A DNA stretch of 64,000 nucleotides from Chloroflexota bacterium. Lineage in GTDB: Bacteria; Chloroflexota; Anaerolineae; Aggregatilineales; Ch27. How positions within the stretch are numbered: the stretch's first letter is position 1; the number at the start of each line of letters is the position of its first letter. The position numbers were made by a program, and so were the translations under genes. The stretch lies in assembly GCA_019873685.1 (NCBI GenBank), contig JAIOAT010000001.1:324298-388297 (forward strand). Direction: 5' to 3'. Below, one piece after another: positions 18,996 through 28,152 of this stretch. A model generated the notes under the pieces. That model did not search any database and was not told the DNA's origin. It was given only the letters and a program-made list of their open reading frames with translations.

Positions 18996-20129
18996 GTGGC
19001 AAGTGTGACGTTTCGGAACGTGACGAAGCGCTTTGGCGACACGGAGGCGGTCTCTCACCTCAACCTGAACGTCGCCGACCGGGAATTCCTGGTGCTCGTC
19101 GGCCCATCGGGTTGCGGCAAGTCCACCAGCCTGCGGATGCTCGCCGGCCTCGAGGAAATCACCGAAGGTGAGATCCTCATCGGGGACCGCGTGGTGAACA
19201 ACGTCGCGCCGAAGGACCGCGACATCGCCATGGTGTTCCAGAGCTATGCGCTTTACCCGCACATGACGGTCTATGACAACATGGCGTTCGGCCTCCGGCT
19301 GCGCAAGACGCCCAAGGCAGTCATTGATGAGCGCGTGCGTCGTGCCGCCAAGGAACTTGGCATCGAGCAACTGCTCGACCGCCGTCCGCGTCAGCTCTCC
19401 GGTGGTCAGCGCCAGCGTGTCGCCGTCGGTCGCGCCATCGTCCGTGAGCCTGCTGTGTTCCTCATGGACGAGCCGCTTTCCAACCTGGATGCCAAGCTGC
19501 GTGTTGAGGCCCGTGCCTTCATTCAGAAGCTGCATCAGAACCTGGGCACGACCTTCATCTACGTCACGCACGACCAGGTTGAGGCTATGACGATGGGTAC
19601 CCGCATCGCTGTCCTCAATGCCGGTGTGCTCCAGCAGCTTGACACGCCGTCCCATCTGTACCGTTACCCGCGCAACCGGTTCGTTGCCGGGTTCATCGGC
19701 AGCCCGTCGATGAACTTCTTCGATGCTGTGCTCAAGGAAGAAGACGGCAAGCTCGTAGTGGAATCGGATATCTTCAAGGTCACCGTTCCCCCCGAGTACG
19801 AGAGCCGCTACATCGCCTACAAGAACAAGCCGGTGATCTTCGGTATGCGCCCGGAGAACATCCACGACCCCAACTACCAGCCTCCCGAAACCCAGACGGC
19901 CATCGTAGAAGCCAATGTCGACGTGGTCGAGCAGATGGGCAACGAGATGATCGTCTACTTCGAGAGCAACGGCAAGACCTTCCTGGGCCGTCTCGATCCG
20001 CGCACCAGCGCCCGCGTTGGTATGCGCATGGGCACCGCCTTCGACATGGCTAACATGCACCTCTTCGATGCCGAGACCGACGAGGCCATCTGGCTGCCGG
20101 ATGAGGTCAAGGCGGCGCTGGAGAAGTAG
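18996..20129 (+). CDS. MalK/UgpC/MsmX-type sugar ABC transporter ATP-binding protein (stand-alone)
   Basis: Walker A GPSGCGKST, signature LSGGQRQRVAVGRA, Walker B FLMDEPLSNLDA, and a MalK-like C-terminal regulatory domain. GTG start after AAAGGAGAG. Confidence 0.92.
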   Translation: MASVTFRNVTKRFGDTEAVSHLNLNVADREFLVLVGPSGCGKSTSLRMLAGLEEITEGEILIGDRVVNNVAPKDRDIAMVFQSYALYPHMTVYDNMAFGLRLRKTPKAVIDERVRRAAKELGIEQLLDRRPRQLSGGQRQRVAVGRAIVREPAVFLMDEPLSNLDAKLRVEARAFIQKLHQNLGTTFIYVTHDQVEAMTMGTRIAVLNAGVLQQLDTPSHLYRYPRNRFVAGFIGSPSMNFFDAVLKEEDGKLVVESDIFKVTVPPEYESRYIAYKNKPVIFGMRPENIHDPNYQPPETQTAIVEANVDVVEQMGNEMIVYFESNGKTFLGRLDPRTSARVGMRMGTAFDMANMHLFDAETDEAIWLPDEVKAALEK

Positions 20130-20160
20130 TCGGCAACAGATGCCGCTTACTTGAACAAGA

Positions 20161-20192
20161 CCGCCCGGAGTATCGCTCTCCGGGCGGTTTTT
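20161..20192. terminator. Bidirectional intrinsic terminator
   Basis: CCGCCCGGAG/CTCCGGGCGG 10-bp stem followed by TTTTT on the plus strand. Lies between convergent genes. Confidence 0.75.
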
Positions 20193-20221
20193 CTGTCATG
20201 TCGGGGAAATAACACCTGGAC

Positions 20222-21136
20222 CTAATCAGTACCGCGTAGTTTCGGGTCCAGCGTGTCGCGTAGACCATCCCCCAGCAGATTGAAACCCAAGACTACCAGG
20301 GTGATGCTGATGCCCGGAAACACCATCCCCCACCATGCCCCGGTGACCAGATACTGCTGGCTTTCCGCCAACATCTTCCCCAGTTCAGGATAAGGCGCTT
20401 GCTGGCCCAGGCCCAGGAAGCCCAGCGCCGCTGTTTCTACCACAGCCGTTCCCAGCCCCAGCGTTGCCTGGACGATCAGCGGTGCGAGGCTGTTCGGCAA
20501 GACATGCCGGATCAGGATGTGTCTTGGCCTGGCTCCCACACTGTGCGCTGCCATCACATAATCTTCATTGCGGATGCTGATCGCCATTGAACGGGCCAAG
20601 CGGGCGTAAACCGGGATGTTAACGACCGCAATCGCCAGCATCGCGTTCCGTAGGCCTGGCCCAAAGATGGCTACCAGGGCAATGGCCAGCAGCAAGGACG
20701 GAAAGGCCAGTATGATGTCCATCAGCCGCATGATCACGCTATCGGTCCAGCCGCTGATGAATCCAGCAACCTCTCCCAGCGTTACCCCGATCACCACGGA
20801 CACTGAAACCGAAAGGAGACTCACTACCAGTGAGACACTGGCTCCGTGTCCCACCCGGCGCATGACATCACGCCCAATGTTGTCTGCGCCGAAGGGATGC
20901 TCAAGACTGGGAGGGCTGAAACGGGCTGACAGATTCTGGTCACGCAGCGGATTGTAGTGATCCAGCAGCGGCACCAGCAACGCTACCGCCACGTAGAGGA
21001 TCACGATCACGGCGCCGATCCGTGCACTCTTGTTGCGCCTGAAGCGTAACCAGAGCGACTGCCATTCTGAGAGGTACGGAGCCTCCTCGATACCGAGGGC
21101 AAGGGGGAGTGCCTGTGTGGTATTGACCTGTCCCAT
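20222..21136 (-). CDS. Opp/Dpp-family ABC permease (DppC-like)
   Basis: Six-TM layout and the EAA-region sequence SVGARPRHILIRHVLPNSLAPLIV. Confidence 0.9.
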   Translation of the reverse strand: MGQVNTTQALPLALGIEEAPYLSEWQSLWLRFRRNKSARIGAVIVILYVAVALLVPLLDHYNPLRDQNLSARFSPPSLEHPFGADNIGRDVMRRVGHGASVSLVVSLLSVSVSVVIGVTLGEVAGFISGWTDSVIMRLMDIILAFPSLLLAIALVAIFGPGLRNAMLAIAVVNIPVYARLARSMAISIRNEDYVMAAHSVGARPRHILIRHVLPNSLAPLIVQATLGLGTAVVETAALGFLGLGQQAPYPELGKMLAESQQYLVTGAWWGMVFPGISITLVVLGFNLLGDGLRDTLDPKLRGTD

Positions 21137-21137
21137 G

Positions 21138-22142
21138 CTATTCGTACCTTATCCGCGGGTTCAACCAGGCGTACGAAAGGTCAACAATCAGATTGACAAC
21201 CACAAAGATGAATGTGATGACCAGCGTGACGGATTGCACGATGGCATAGTCGCGCCCCTGGATGCTGTTGAACAACCAGCGGCCTATCCCCGGCCAGGAG
21301 AAGATTGTCTCAGTCAAGACTGCACCGGCCAGCAGCGAGCCGAGCTGCAGGCCGATCACAGTGACTACCGGTAGCATCGCGTTACGAAGGGCATGACCCA
21401 GAATCACCGTCCGTTCCCGCAATCCCTTGGCGCGCGCTGTCCGGATGTAATCCATGTGCAATACTTCCAGCATGGCTGAGCGGGTGATACGGGCGATAAT
21501 TGCGATCGGAATCGTGCTCAGCGTGACTGACGGCAGGATCAAATGCTTGAGCGCGTCAACCAGGCCCGACCAGTTGCCGGTCAATACTGCGTCCACCATG
21601 TTCAGGCCCGTAATAGTCTGAATCTCCACATTGGGACTGAGGCGCCCGATAAAAGGTAGCCACCCCAGCGCTACACCGAAAATCCATAGCAGCAGCAGTC
21701 CCAGCCAGAAGATTGGCATGGATACTCCGACCAGCGAACCCAGCATCGTCCCGGTGTCAATCCAGGAACCTCGTCGCACCGATGAGATGATGCCCAGTGG
21801 CACGCCCACAACCACCGCAATCGTCAGCGCCACCAGTGACAGTTCGACTGTCGCCGGGAAACGCTGCCGCAATTCATCCGCGATTGGTATGTTGCCGGCA
21901 ACGGACCGACCCAGGTCCCCCCGCAGGATGTTCCCAACATAGATCAGGTACTGCTCGTAGAGTGGCCGATCCAGCCCCAACCTTGTGCGCAATTCAGCAA
22001 CATTGGCTTCGCTGCCCCGCTCTCCCAGCAGCACGACTTCTGGGCCGCCAGGAATCAGGTGTACCAGCAAGAAGACCACAATAGACGCGCCAATGAGTAC
22101 AGGGAGTGTTTCAAGAATGCGCCGGATGATGTATCGAGTCAT
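21138..22142 (-). CDS. Opp/Dpp-family ABC permease (DppB-like)
   Basis: MTRYIIRRILETLPVLIGASIVVF N-terminus and ARAKGLRERTVILGHALRNAMLPVVT. Confidence 0.9.
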   Translation of the reverse strand: MTRYIIRRILETLPVLIGASIVVFLLVHLIPGGPEVVLLGERGSEANVAELRTRLGLDRPLYEQYLIYVGNILRGDLGRSVAGNIPIADELRQRFPATVELSLVALTIAVVVGVPLGIISSVRRGSWIDTGTMLGSLVGVSMPIFWLGLLLLWIFGVALGWLPFIGRLSPNVEIQTITGLNMVDAVLTGNWSGLVDALKHLILPSVTLSTIPIAIIARITRSAMLEVLHMDYIRTARAKGLRERTVILGHALRNAMLPVVTVIGLQLGSLLAGAVLTETIFSWPGIGRWLFNSIQGRDYAIVQSVTLVITFIFVVVNLIVDLSYAWLNPRIRYE

Positions 22143-22244
22143 GGGCCAGGCCTCTATGTTGCAGCGATCTCACCAAAAGCCAGGCCCCGGATCGGCCGGG
22201 GCCTGGCGCGGACTGGCGTCAACAGACGCCAGGCACAGACTGGA

Positions 22245-23894
22245 TTACTCGACTGTCACAAACCGGATCAGTTCCGTACCCAGCGGGTTGGCAATGTAGC
22301 CGGAAACATTGCTACGGAAAACCAGCGGCACCTGGCTGTGAGCGATGGTGATCCGTCCAACCGTCTCAGCCAGCATAGCGTCCGCCTGCTGGTACAGTGG
22401 CTCACGATCGGCCTGACTCACCAGGCTACCAGCCTGCTGCAACGTTTCGCAGATCTCAGGGAAGTTGAAGTAGCCTTCCTGGGGCTGGTTGCAGTTCTTG
22501 AAGAAGTAGCCGCTGAAGTTATCCGGGTCGCCGTTATCGCCCGTCCAGCCAAGCTGGTACAGACCAATCAGATCGCCCTTGCGACGGCGATCCAGATAGG
22601 TGGCCCAGTCACCCGCGTTCTCCAGCTGGACATTAATGCCGATCGCCGCAAGGTCCGCCGCCATTGCCTGGCCGATGCCTTCACCGTCTGGGTTGTAGGG
22701 GCGTGTCACTGGCATCCAGAACAGTGTCAGCGGGACCTTTTCACCCTCGGCATCAAGCATCACATTGCCCGCATCGTCAAGCGGCAGCACCGTAACCTCA
22801 GAGAATCCGTTGGGGAAGCCCGCCTGGGCCAGCAACTCGACAGCCTTATCCGGATTGTATTCCGGCATCGGTACATCCGGGTTGTAGCCCCACATCAGCG
22901 GTGGAAGGAAGGTATTCGCTACTTCAGCCGCCACATAAAAGGCGTCCACATAGGCCTGGCGATTCAACGCCAGCGAGATCGCCTGGCGCACCAGTGGATC
23001 ATGGAACTCCTTGATCCGGTAGTTGAAAGCCAGGTAGAAGACGTTTAGCGACGGGCGCAGCATGTAATACAGGTCATCCGAGGCTTCGATCAGGGCGATT
23101 TCCTCAGGAGTCGCGTTCTCCTTGCCATGGATCGCACCCGCTTGCAGCGCCGCAAACCGGGCAGCATTGTCGGGGATCACGCGCTGGATAATCCGTTCAA
23201 CATTGCCCTCGATCTCGCCCCAGTAACCATCCCACAGGTCCTGGGTTACATGGTCGTCGGTCACCCATTCCACGAACTTGTACGGGCCGGTGCAGACGTA
23301 ACCGACCGTTGGCGTGCCGTAGTCCTCGCCGTATTTCTCGAGCGCCGCCGGGCTATGGATTTCAAACATGGGCATAGCCAGTGTGTTGGGCATCTGAACG
23401 TACGGGCGGGACAGGTTGAAGCGTACCGTGTACTCGTCTACGATGTCGATGCTCTGGATCAGCGAAGCGTCATCGAAGCCGTCGAACATGTACTCATAGT
23501 ATTCGTAAACCTGCGAGGCAAAGTGCAGAGGATGATCGGTAGACCGCCAGACGTTGAAGTTGAAAGCGACCGCCTCGGCATTGAATGGCGTGCCATCATG
23601 GAAGGTGACGCCCTCACGCAGCTTGGCTGTCCACACTGTCAGGTCTTCATTGGAGGTGAGTTCGGTCGCCAGGCTGGGTATCACGTTTGTGGTCGCGCCA
23701 TCAAAAGCCAGCAGCGACTCGCAGCCTTGCTCAAGCACAAAGAAAGACACACCGTCCGTCACCACGGCGGAGTACAGCTGCACCGGGTTCGTATAGGCGC
23801 CCCAGATAAAGGTCACCGGCTCTTGCGCCTGCAGCGGACCAACAAGCGTCATGACAAGCAAGACCGCCAGCAGGACACCCAATTTCTTGGCCAT
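22245..23894 (-). CDS. ABC substrate-binding protein, family 5 (peptide/nickel/oligosaccharide type)
   Basis: Signal peptide, about 550 aa, SBP_bac_5-like sequence, first gene of an operon with the two permeases. Confidence 0.85.
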   Translation of the reverse strand: MAKKLGVLLAVLLVMTLVGPLQAQEPVTFIWGAYTNPVQLYSAVVTDGVSFFVLEQGCESLLAFDGATTNVIPSLATELTSNEDLTVWTAKLREGVTFHDGTPFNAEAVAFNFNVWRSTDHPLHFASQVYEYYEYMFDGFDDASLIQSIDIVDEYTVRFNLSRPYVQMPNTLAMPMFEIHSPAALEKYGEDYGTPTVGYVCTGPYKFVEWVTDDHVTQDLWDGYWGEIEGNVERIIQRVIPDNAARFAALQAGAIHGKENATPEEIALIEASDDLYYMLRPSLNVFYLAFNYRIKEFHDPLVRQAISLALNRQAYVDAFYVAAEVANTFLPPLMWGYNPDVPMPEYNPDKAVELLAQAGFPNGFSEVTVLPLDDAGNVMLDAEGEKVPLTLFWMPVTRPYNPDGEGIGQAMAADLAAIGINVQLENAGDWATYLDRRRKGDLIGLYQLGWTGDNGDPDNFSGYFFKNCNQPQEGYFNFPEICETLQQAGSLVSQADREPLYQQADAMLAETVGRITIAHSQVPLVFRSNVSGYIANPLGTELIRFVTVE

Positions 23895-24041
23895 GAAGTT
23901 GCCTCCTCCTTCTAATTTTCACAAGTGAACGCTTTTAGAAAAGGCGATCAGATCGTCTTTACTGTCAAACCTCCTTTCATGCTGTCACGATCTGGGTGAG
24001 CCACGGAGAATACGTAAACGCCTGGGATAGACGTTCACCCA

Positions 24042-24070
24042 AGTATGATTTGAAACGCGACCTTTGTCAA
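24042..24070 (-). promoter_or_regulatory. Candidate promoter for the SBP-permease operon
   Basis: On the minus strand: TTGACA (24070-24065), 17-nt spacer, CATACT (24047-24042). Confidence 0.4.
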
Positions 24071-24221
24071 ACAAATAAGAGCCAAAAAATCGCTCAATAC
24101 GTTCTGGTAATCCCTGTTCAGGGGCCATGTCGATGACTTGGCGCCCGTTTTCCTTGACAGTGTGCCGCCTTCTATGCTACCATGCGCGGCAGTTACCAAT
24201 CGAATATTCAGAAACGGAACA

Positions 24222-24410
24222 CTCATCCAGAGCGGTGGAGGGAACGGCCCTGTGAAACCGCGGCAACCCCTGTTGAGCTGGTAACTACCAGTCTCAGGGA
24301 AGGTGCCAATTCCGACAGATTTCAAGATTGAAATCTGGGAGATGAGAGCAAGTCTGTGAATCATCCCGCCTGCAGGCAAGCTCCCTCTGGATCAGAGGGA
24401 GCTTGTTTTT
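24222..24410 (+). promoter_or_regulatory. SAM-I (S-box) riboswitch with terminator
   Basis: CUCAUCCAGAGCGGUGGAGGGAACGGCCCUGUGAAACCGCGGCAACC ... AAGGUGCCAAUUCC ... GGGAGAUGAGAG matches the S-box core, with P1 CUCAUC/GAUGAG. Terminator AAGCUCCCUCUG/CAGAGGGAGCUU plus U-run at 24378-24410. Candidate promoter TTGACA (24154) and TACCAT (24178). Confidence 0.88.
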
Positions 24411-24486
24411 GGGGTGAGCAGCCTCTAGGAGTGTTCCGCCCGTTGTATCTTTGCAGCCACAACCGGTACATCCAGGGAGGCCCGCC

Positions 24487-25734
24487 ATGACTGTTCCGCG
24501 TCAGAGTATTCGTTCATCTCGCTCGCTTTCGCCAGCCTCATCAGCGCTGCCAGGTGCATCTACCCGCGCCGTTCATGCGGGGAGCAGCCGCCACAAACCT
24601 CACCATGCCCTGACCACGCCGATCTTTCAGACGGCGACTTTCACATTCGCCGACACAGCGGATCTGCTGGCTTTTGTAGAAGGTCGCTATAGCGATGGAG
24701 AGGAACGCCGTGAGGAGTACGGTCGCTATGGCAACCCGACCATCGCTGCCGTCGAGCGAAAGCTTGCTGCGCTAGATGGCGGAGACAACGCCGTGCTGTA
24801 TGCCTCAGGCATGGCCGCGATTACGTCTGTGTTGCTGGCCAGCCTGCCCACCGGCGCGCATATCATCATGACGGATGATTGTTACCGCCGTACCCGCCAG
24901 TTCTGTCAGACCTACCTGCAACGCCTGGGGATTGCCACGACTGTCGTTCCAATGGGCGACTATGCTGGCATGGAAGCGGCGATTCAGGCTGGTAGGACAC
25001 GATACCTTATCTCGGAGACTCCGACCAACCCGTTCCTGCGAGTTGCTGACCTGAGCCGGATTGCCGAGATCGGGCAGCGCTATGGTGTGCGCACCATCAT
25101 CGATAGCACCTTCGCCACGCCGGTTAACCTGCGTCCCCTGGAATGGGGCATTGATCTGGTGATTCACAGCGCCACCAAGTACCTGGCCGGGCACAACGAT
25201 CTGCTGGCAGGTGTCGTGATTGGCCGAGGGGGAATCCTGCAGGCTCTGCGCGAAGCGCGCGGTATCCTGGGCAGTGTCGTTGATCCGCAGAATGCCTTCT
25301 TGCTGGAACGAGGCCTCAAGACCCTCGCCCTGCGTGTGCGCCAGCAGAACGCCACTGCTCATACCGTGGCGCAGTACCTTGAGCGCCACCCCAAGATCCG
25401 CCGCGTCTGGTATCCCGGTTTGCCCAGCCACCCCGATCATGAGATTGCAGCTGCGCAGATGTCCGGTTTCGGCGGCGTGGTCACTTTTGAAATTGACGGC
25501 ACGCTGCAGGATACCAGCCGCTTTATCGACGCGATGCGTATTCCCTACATTGCACCGAGCCTGGGGGGCGTTGAGAGTCTGATCGAGCAACCTGCGATCA
25601 TTTCGTATTACGACCAGTCGCCGGAAGAACGTGCTGCGCTGGGCATCGCGGACAGCCTCGTCCGGCTGGCCATTGGCATTGAGGATGCCGAAGATATTTT
25701 GGAAGATCTGGAACAGGCCCTGCAGGTAGTCTAG
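24487..25734 (+). CDS. Cys/Met-metabolism PLP enzyme (cystathionine gamma-synthase / O-acylhomoserine thiol-lyase family)
   Basis: PLP-lysine motif SATKYLAGHND and family-typical length. ATG at 24487 preceded by GGGAGG. Regulated by the SAM-I leader. Confidence 0.9.
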   Translation: MTVPRQSIRSSRSLSPASSALPGASTRAVHAGSSRHKPHHALTTPIFQTATFTFADTADLLAFVEGRYSDGEERREEYGRYGNPTIAAVERKLAALDGGDNAVLYASGMAAITSVLLASLPTGAHIIMTDDCYRRTRQFCQTYLQRLGIATTVVPMGDYAGMEAAIQAGRTRYLISETPTNPFLRVADLSRIAEIGQRYGVRTIIDSTFATPVNLRPLEWGIDLVIHSATKYLAGHNDLLAGVVIGRGGILQALREARGILGSVVDPQNAFLLERGLKTLALRVRQQNATAHTVAQYLERHPKIRRVWYPGLPSHPDHEIAAAQMSGFGGVVTFEIDGTLQDTSRFIDAMRIPYIAPSLGGVESLIEQPAIISYYDQSPEERAALGIADSLVRLAIGIEDAEDILEDLEQALQVV

Positions 25735-27035
25735 CGCTGCCGTCCCGCGGATTCTGTCTCGGCCAACACGGCCCGGACGGCTTCCAGCGTTGGTTCTACC
25801 CGCAGTAGCGGGTTCGCGTATGTGGCATGAATGCCCTCGATGCGGTTGGTGTGGTAATCCACAATCAGGCCTGGGTCTTTGAGTACGTGCCCGGTCAATA
25901 CGCCTACCACGCGCTCTGAAGGACGGATGATGCCTGCTTTAGCCAGCTTCCGTGCACCTGCCAGCGCGCAGGCAGAGGCGGGTTCGCAGCCAATGCCGCT
26001 GGCGTCAATACGCGCCTTGGCGTCAAGAATCTCCTGATCGCTAACCTGCTCCACCACACCGTCAGTCCAATGCAGCGCCCGTACTGCTTTGTCATAACTG
26101 ACCGGGTCGCCGATCTTAATTGCGGTGGCCAGGGTCTTGGCTTTGACTCGCTCGTGCACAGCGAAACCGCTGCGATAGCCCCGGTAGAGCGGATTGGCGC
26201 CTTCCGCCTGGATGATGGCCAGCCGCGGCAACCGATCAATCAAGCCCAGTTCGCGTAACTCCATCAGCCCTTTGCCGAAAGCTGAGCTGTTGCCAAGGTT
26301 GCCGCCGGGCACCACGATCCAGTCCGGCACTTCCCAGCGCAATTGCTGCAGCACTTCGAAGACAATGGTCTTCTGGCCTTCCAGACGAAACGGGTTAACC
26401 GAGTTAAGCAGATAGATGCCCAGTGACTCAGCGACCTGTCGTACTAGGCGCATCGCTACGTCGAAATCGCCGGGAATCTGGATGCAGGTTGCGCCATAAG
26501 CGATTGCCTGGGCCAGCTTGCCCAGAGCAACCTGCCCTTCCTGGAAGAACACAATCGCCTGCATGCCTCCCCGCGCTGCATACGAGGCCAGGGACGCCGA
26601 TGTGTTGCCGGTAGACGCGCAGGCCACGCGGTTCATCCCTAGCCGCCGCGCCTGGCTGACGCCTCCTGTCATGCCGCGATCTTTGAAGGAGCCGGTTGGG
26701 TTTTCGCCTTCATGTTTCAGCCACAGGTGTCTAAGACCCGCCCATGCTGCTAAGTCGGGGACATGGTAGAGATTGGTGTTACCCTCTGGCCTGGAGACGA
26801 TCAGGTCATCGGCCATGTCCGGATAAACCAGCTCCTTGAACCGCCATACACCGCTACGATAGGGAATCTCCAGGGAGCCGAGTCGCGCGTCAAACAGATC
26901 GCGGGTAACCTGTCCGCGCAGGGCCTCCAGATCATGGATCACATCCAGTAGCCCGCCGCAGGTGATACAACTATACACAAGCCGGTCAAGCGGGTATTCT
27001 GCGCCACAATCTATGCATTTGAGGACACTTTGCAT
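25731..27035 (-). CDS. thrC: Threonine synthase (with N-terminal Zn ribbon)
   Basis: CIDCG...CITCGG ribbon and PLP motif GSFKDRGMT. Confidence 0.92.
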   Translation of the reverse strand: MQSVLKCIDCGAEYPLDRLVYSCITCGGLLDVIHDLEALRGQVTRDLFDARLGSLEIPYRSGVWRFKELVYPDMADDLIVSRPEGNTNLYHVPDLAAWAGLRHLWLKHEGENPTGSFKDRGMTGGVSQARRLGMNRVACASTGNTSASLASYAARGGMQAIVFFQEGQVALGKLAQAIAYGATCIQIPGDFDVAMRLVRQVAESLGIYLLNSVNPFRLEGQKTIVFEVLQQLRWEVPDWIVVPGGNLGNSSAFGKGLMELRELGLIDRLPRLAIIQAEGANPLYRGYRSGFAVHERVKAKTLATAIKIGDPVSYDKAVRALHWTDGVVEQVSDQEILDAKARIDASGIGCEPASACALAGARKLAKAGIIRPSERVVGVLTGHVLKDPGLIVDYHTNRIEGIHATYANPLLRVEPTLEAVRAVLAETESAGRQR

Positions 27036-27098
27036 CTTGGCCCTATCCGGGATTATATTGGCAGGTGTCTGTGCTCCGCGTTGTCAGGATGATACACG

Positions 27099-28040
27099 AT
27101 GTCTCCGTTCTCTGCGACAGCCTACGCCCCGGCTACAGTAGCTAATCTTGGCCCTGGGTTTGATGTCCTGGGGTTGGCTCTGGCCTCTCCCGGCGATCGC
27201 GTAACCGTGGAACATAGCTCATCTCCCGGCGTCACCCTGAAAGCGATCACCGGCCACAGCGATTCGCTGCCGCTTGATCCCGCCCGCAATACCGCATGTA
27301 TTGCTGCCAGCTATGTACTGCGCCAGATCGCACCGGAAGCAGGCATTACCCTGACGCTGGAGAAGGGCTTGCCGCTGGCGAGCGGTCTTGGCAGTAGTGC
27401 GGCCAGCGCTGTTGCCGGCGCAGTGGCCGTGAATGCACTATTTGGCTCGCCCCTCAGCCGGATCGAACTCCTGCCTGCCTGTGTGGAAGCAGAAAGTGTG
27501 GTCAGTGGGCGCCACGCGGATAATGTGGCGCCGGCATTGCTTGGGGGCGTTGTGCTCGTTACCGGCACAACGGCTGATGCGGTTCACCGGCTGCCTGCCC
27601 CGCCCGGCCTTTACCTGGCTGTTGTGACGCCTGCGGTAGCTGTGCCCACAGCCCAGGCCCGTGCTGTTCTGCCTGCGACAGTTCCACTAACTGCCATGGT
27701 TCATCAGACGGCGCAGGTCGCCCTGCTGGTGCATGCGCTGTACGCCGGCGATATCGCCCTGCTCGCCAGGGCAGCCGGCGGCGACCGGGTCATTGAGCCT
27801 GCTCGCGCGCATCTGATGCCTTACCTTACCGAAGCCAAGCAGGTTGCCGCCGAGAGCGGCGCGCTCACCACCATCATCAGTGGCGCCGGGCCTACTCTAT
27901 GCGCATTCTGTGACACTCAGCGTAGTGCCGAGAAGACGGCTACCGCCCTTGTGGCGTTCTATCAGCAAATGGGATTGGCGGCTCAGGGTCAGGCTACCAC
28001 GGTAGCTCCTGATGGCGCCCGCGTGATCGACGTGCATTAG
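27099..28040 (+). CDS. thrB: Homoserine kinase
   Basis: GHMP kinase motif GLPLASGLGSSAASAVA. N-terminal ATVANLGPGFDVLG. Confidence 0.93.
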   Translation: MSPFSATAYAPATVANLGPGFDVLGLALASPGDRVTVEHSSSPGVTLKAITGHSDSLPLDPARNTACIAASYVLRQIAPEAGITLTLEKGLPLASGLGSSAASAVAGAVAVNALFGSPLSRIELLPACVEAESVVSGRHADNVAPALLGGVVLVTGTTADAVHRLPAPPGLYLAVVTPAVAVPTAQARAVLPATVPLTAMVHQTAQVALLVHALYAGDIALLARAAGGDRVIEPARAHLMPYLTEAKQVAAESGALTTIISGAGPTLCAFCDTQRSAEKTATALVAFYQQMGLAAQGQATTVAPDGARVIDVH

Positions 28041-28152
28041 CACGGGTGCTGTGACTGCACCCCATACCAAGGTGTTGTTGCGGTGCCTGTTCTTTCATGC
28101 TAGACTGAGCAACAGCGTCTTGCGGTTACGTAATCAGCACTTATATAAGGCT

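Noticed and set aside
18963-20060. 365-aa ORF antisense to the ABC ATPase gene
   Set aside because: The plus strand has unambiguous Walker A, signature and Walker B motifs. The antisense product is compositionally biased and has no motif.
22059-23915. Two long plus-strand ORFs (329 aa and 262 aa) opposite the substrate-binding protein gene
   Set aside because: Antisense shadows of a well-supported SBP gene with a signal peptide, in operon context with the two permeases.
24035-24488. Small minus-strand ORFs (114 aa and 64 aa) in the SBP to CGS-like intergenic region
   Set aside because: They overlap the SAM-I riboswitch and promoter region. The sequence is explained by the RNA element.
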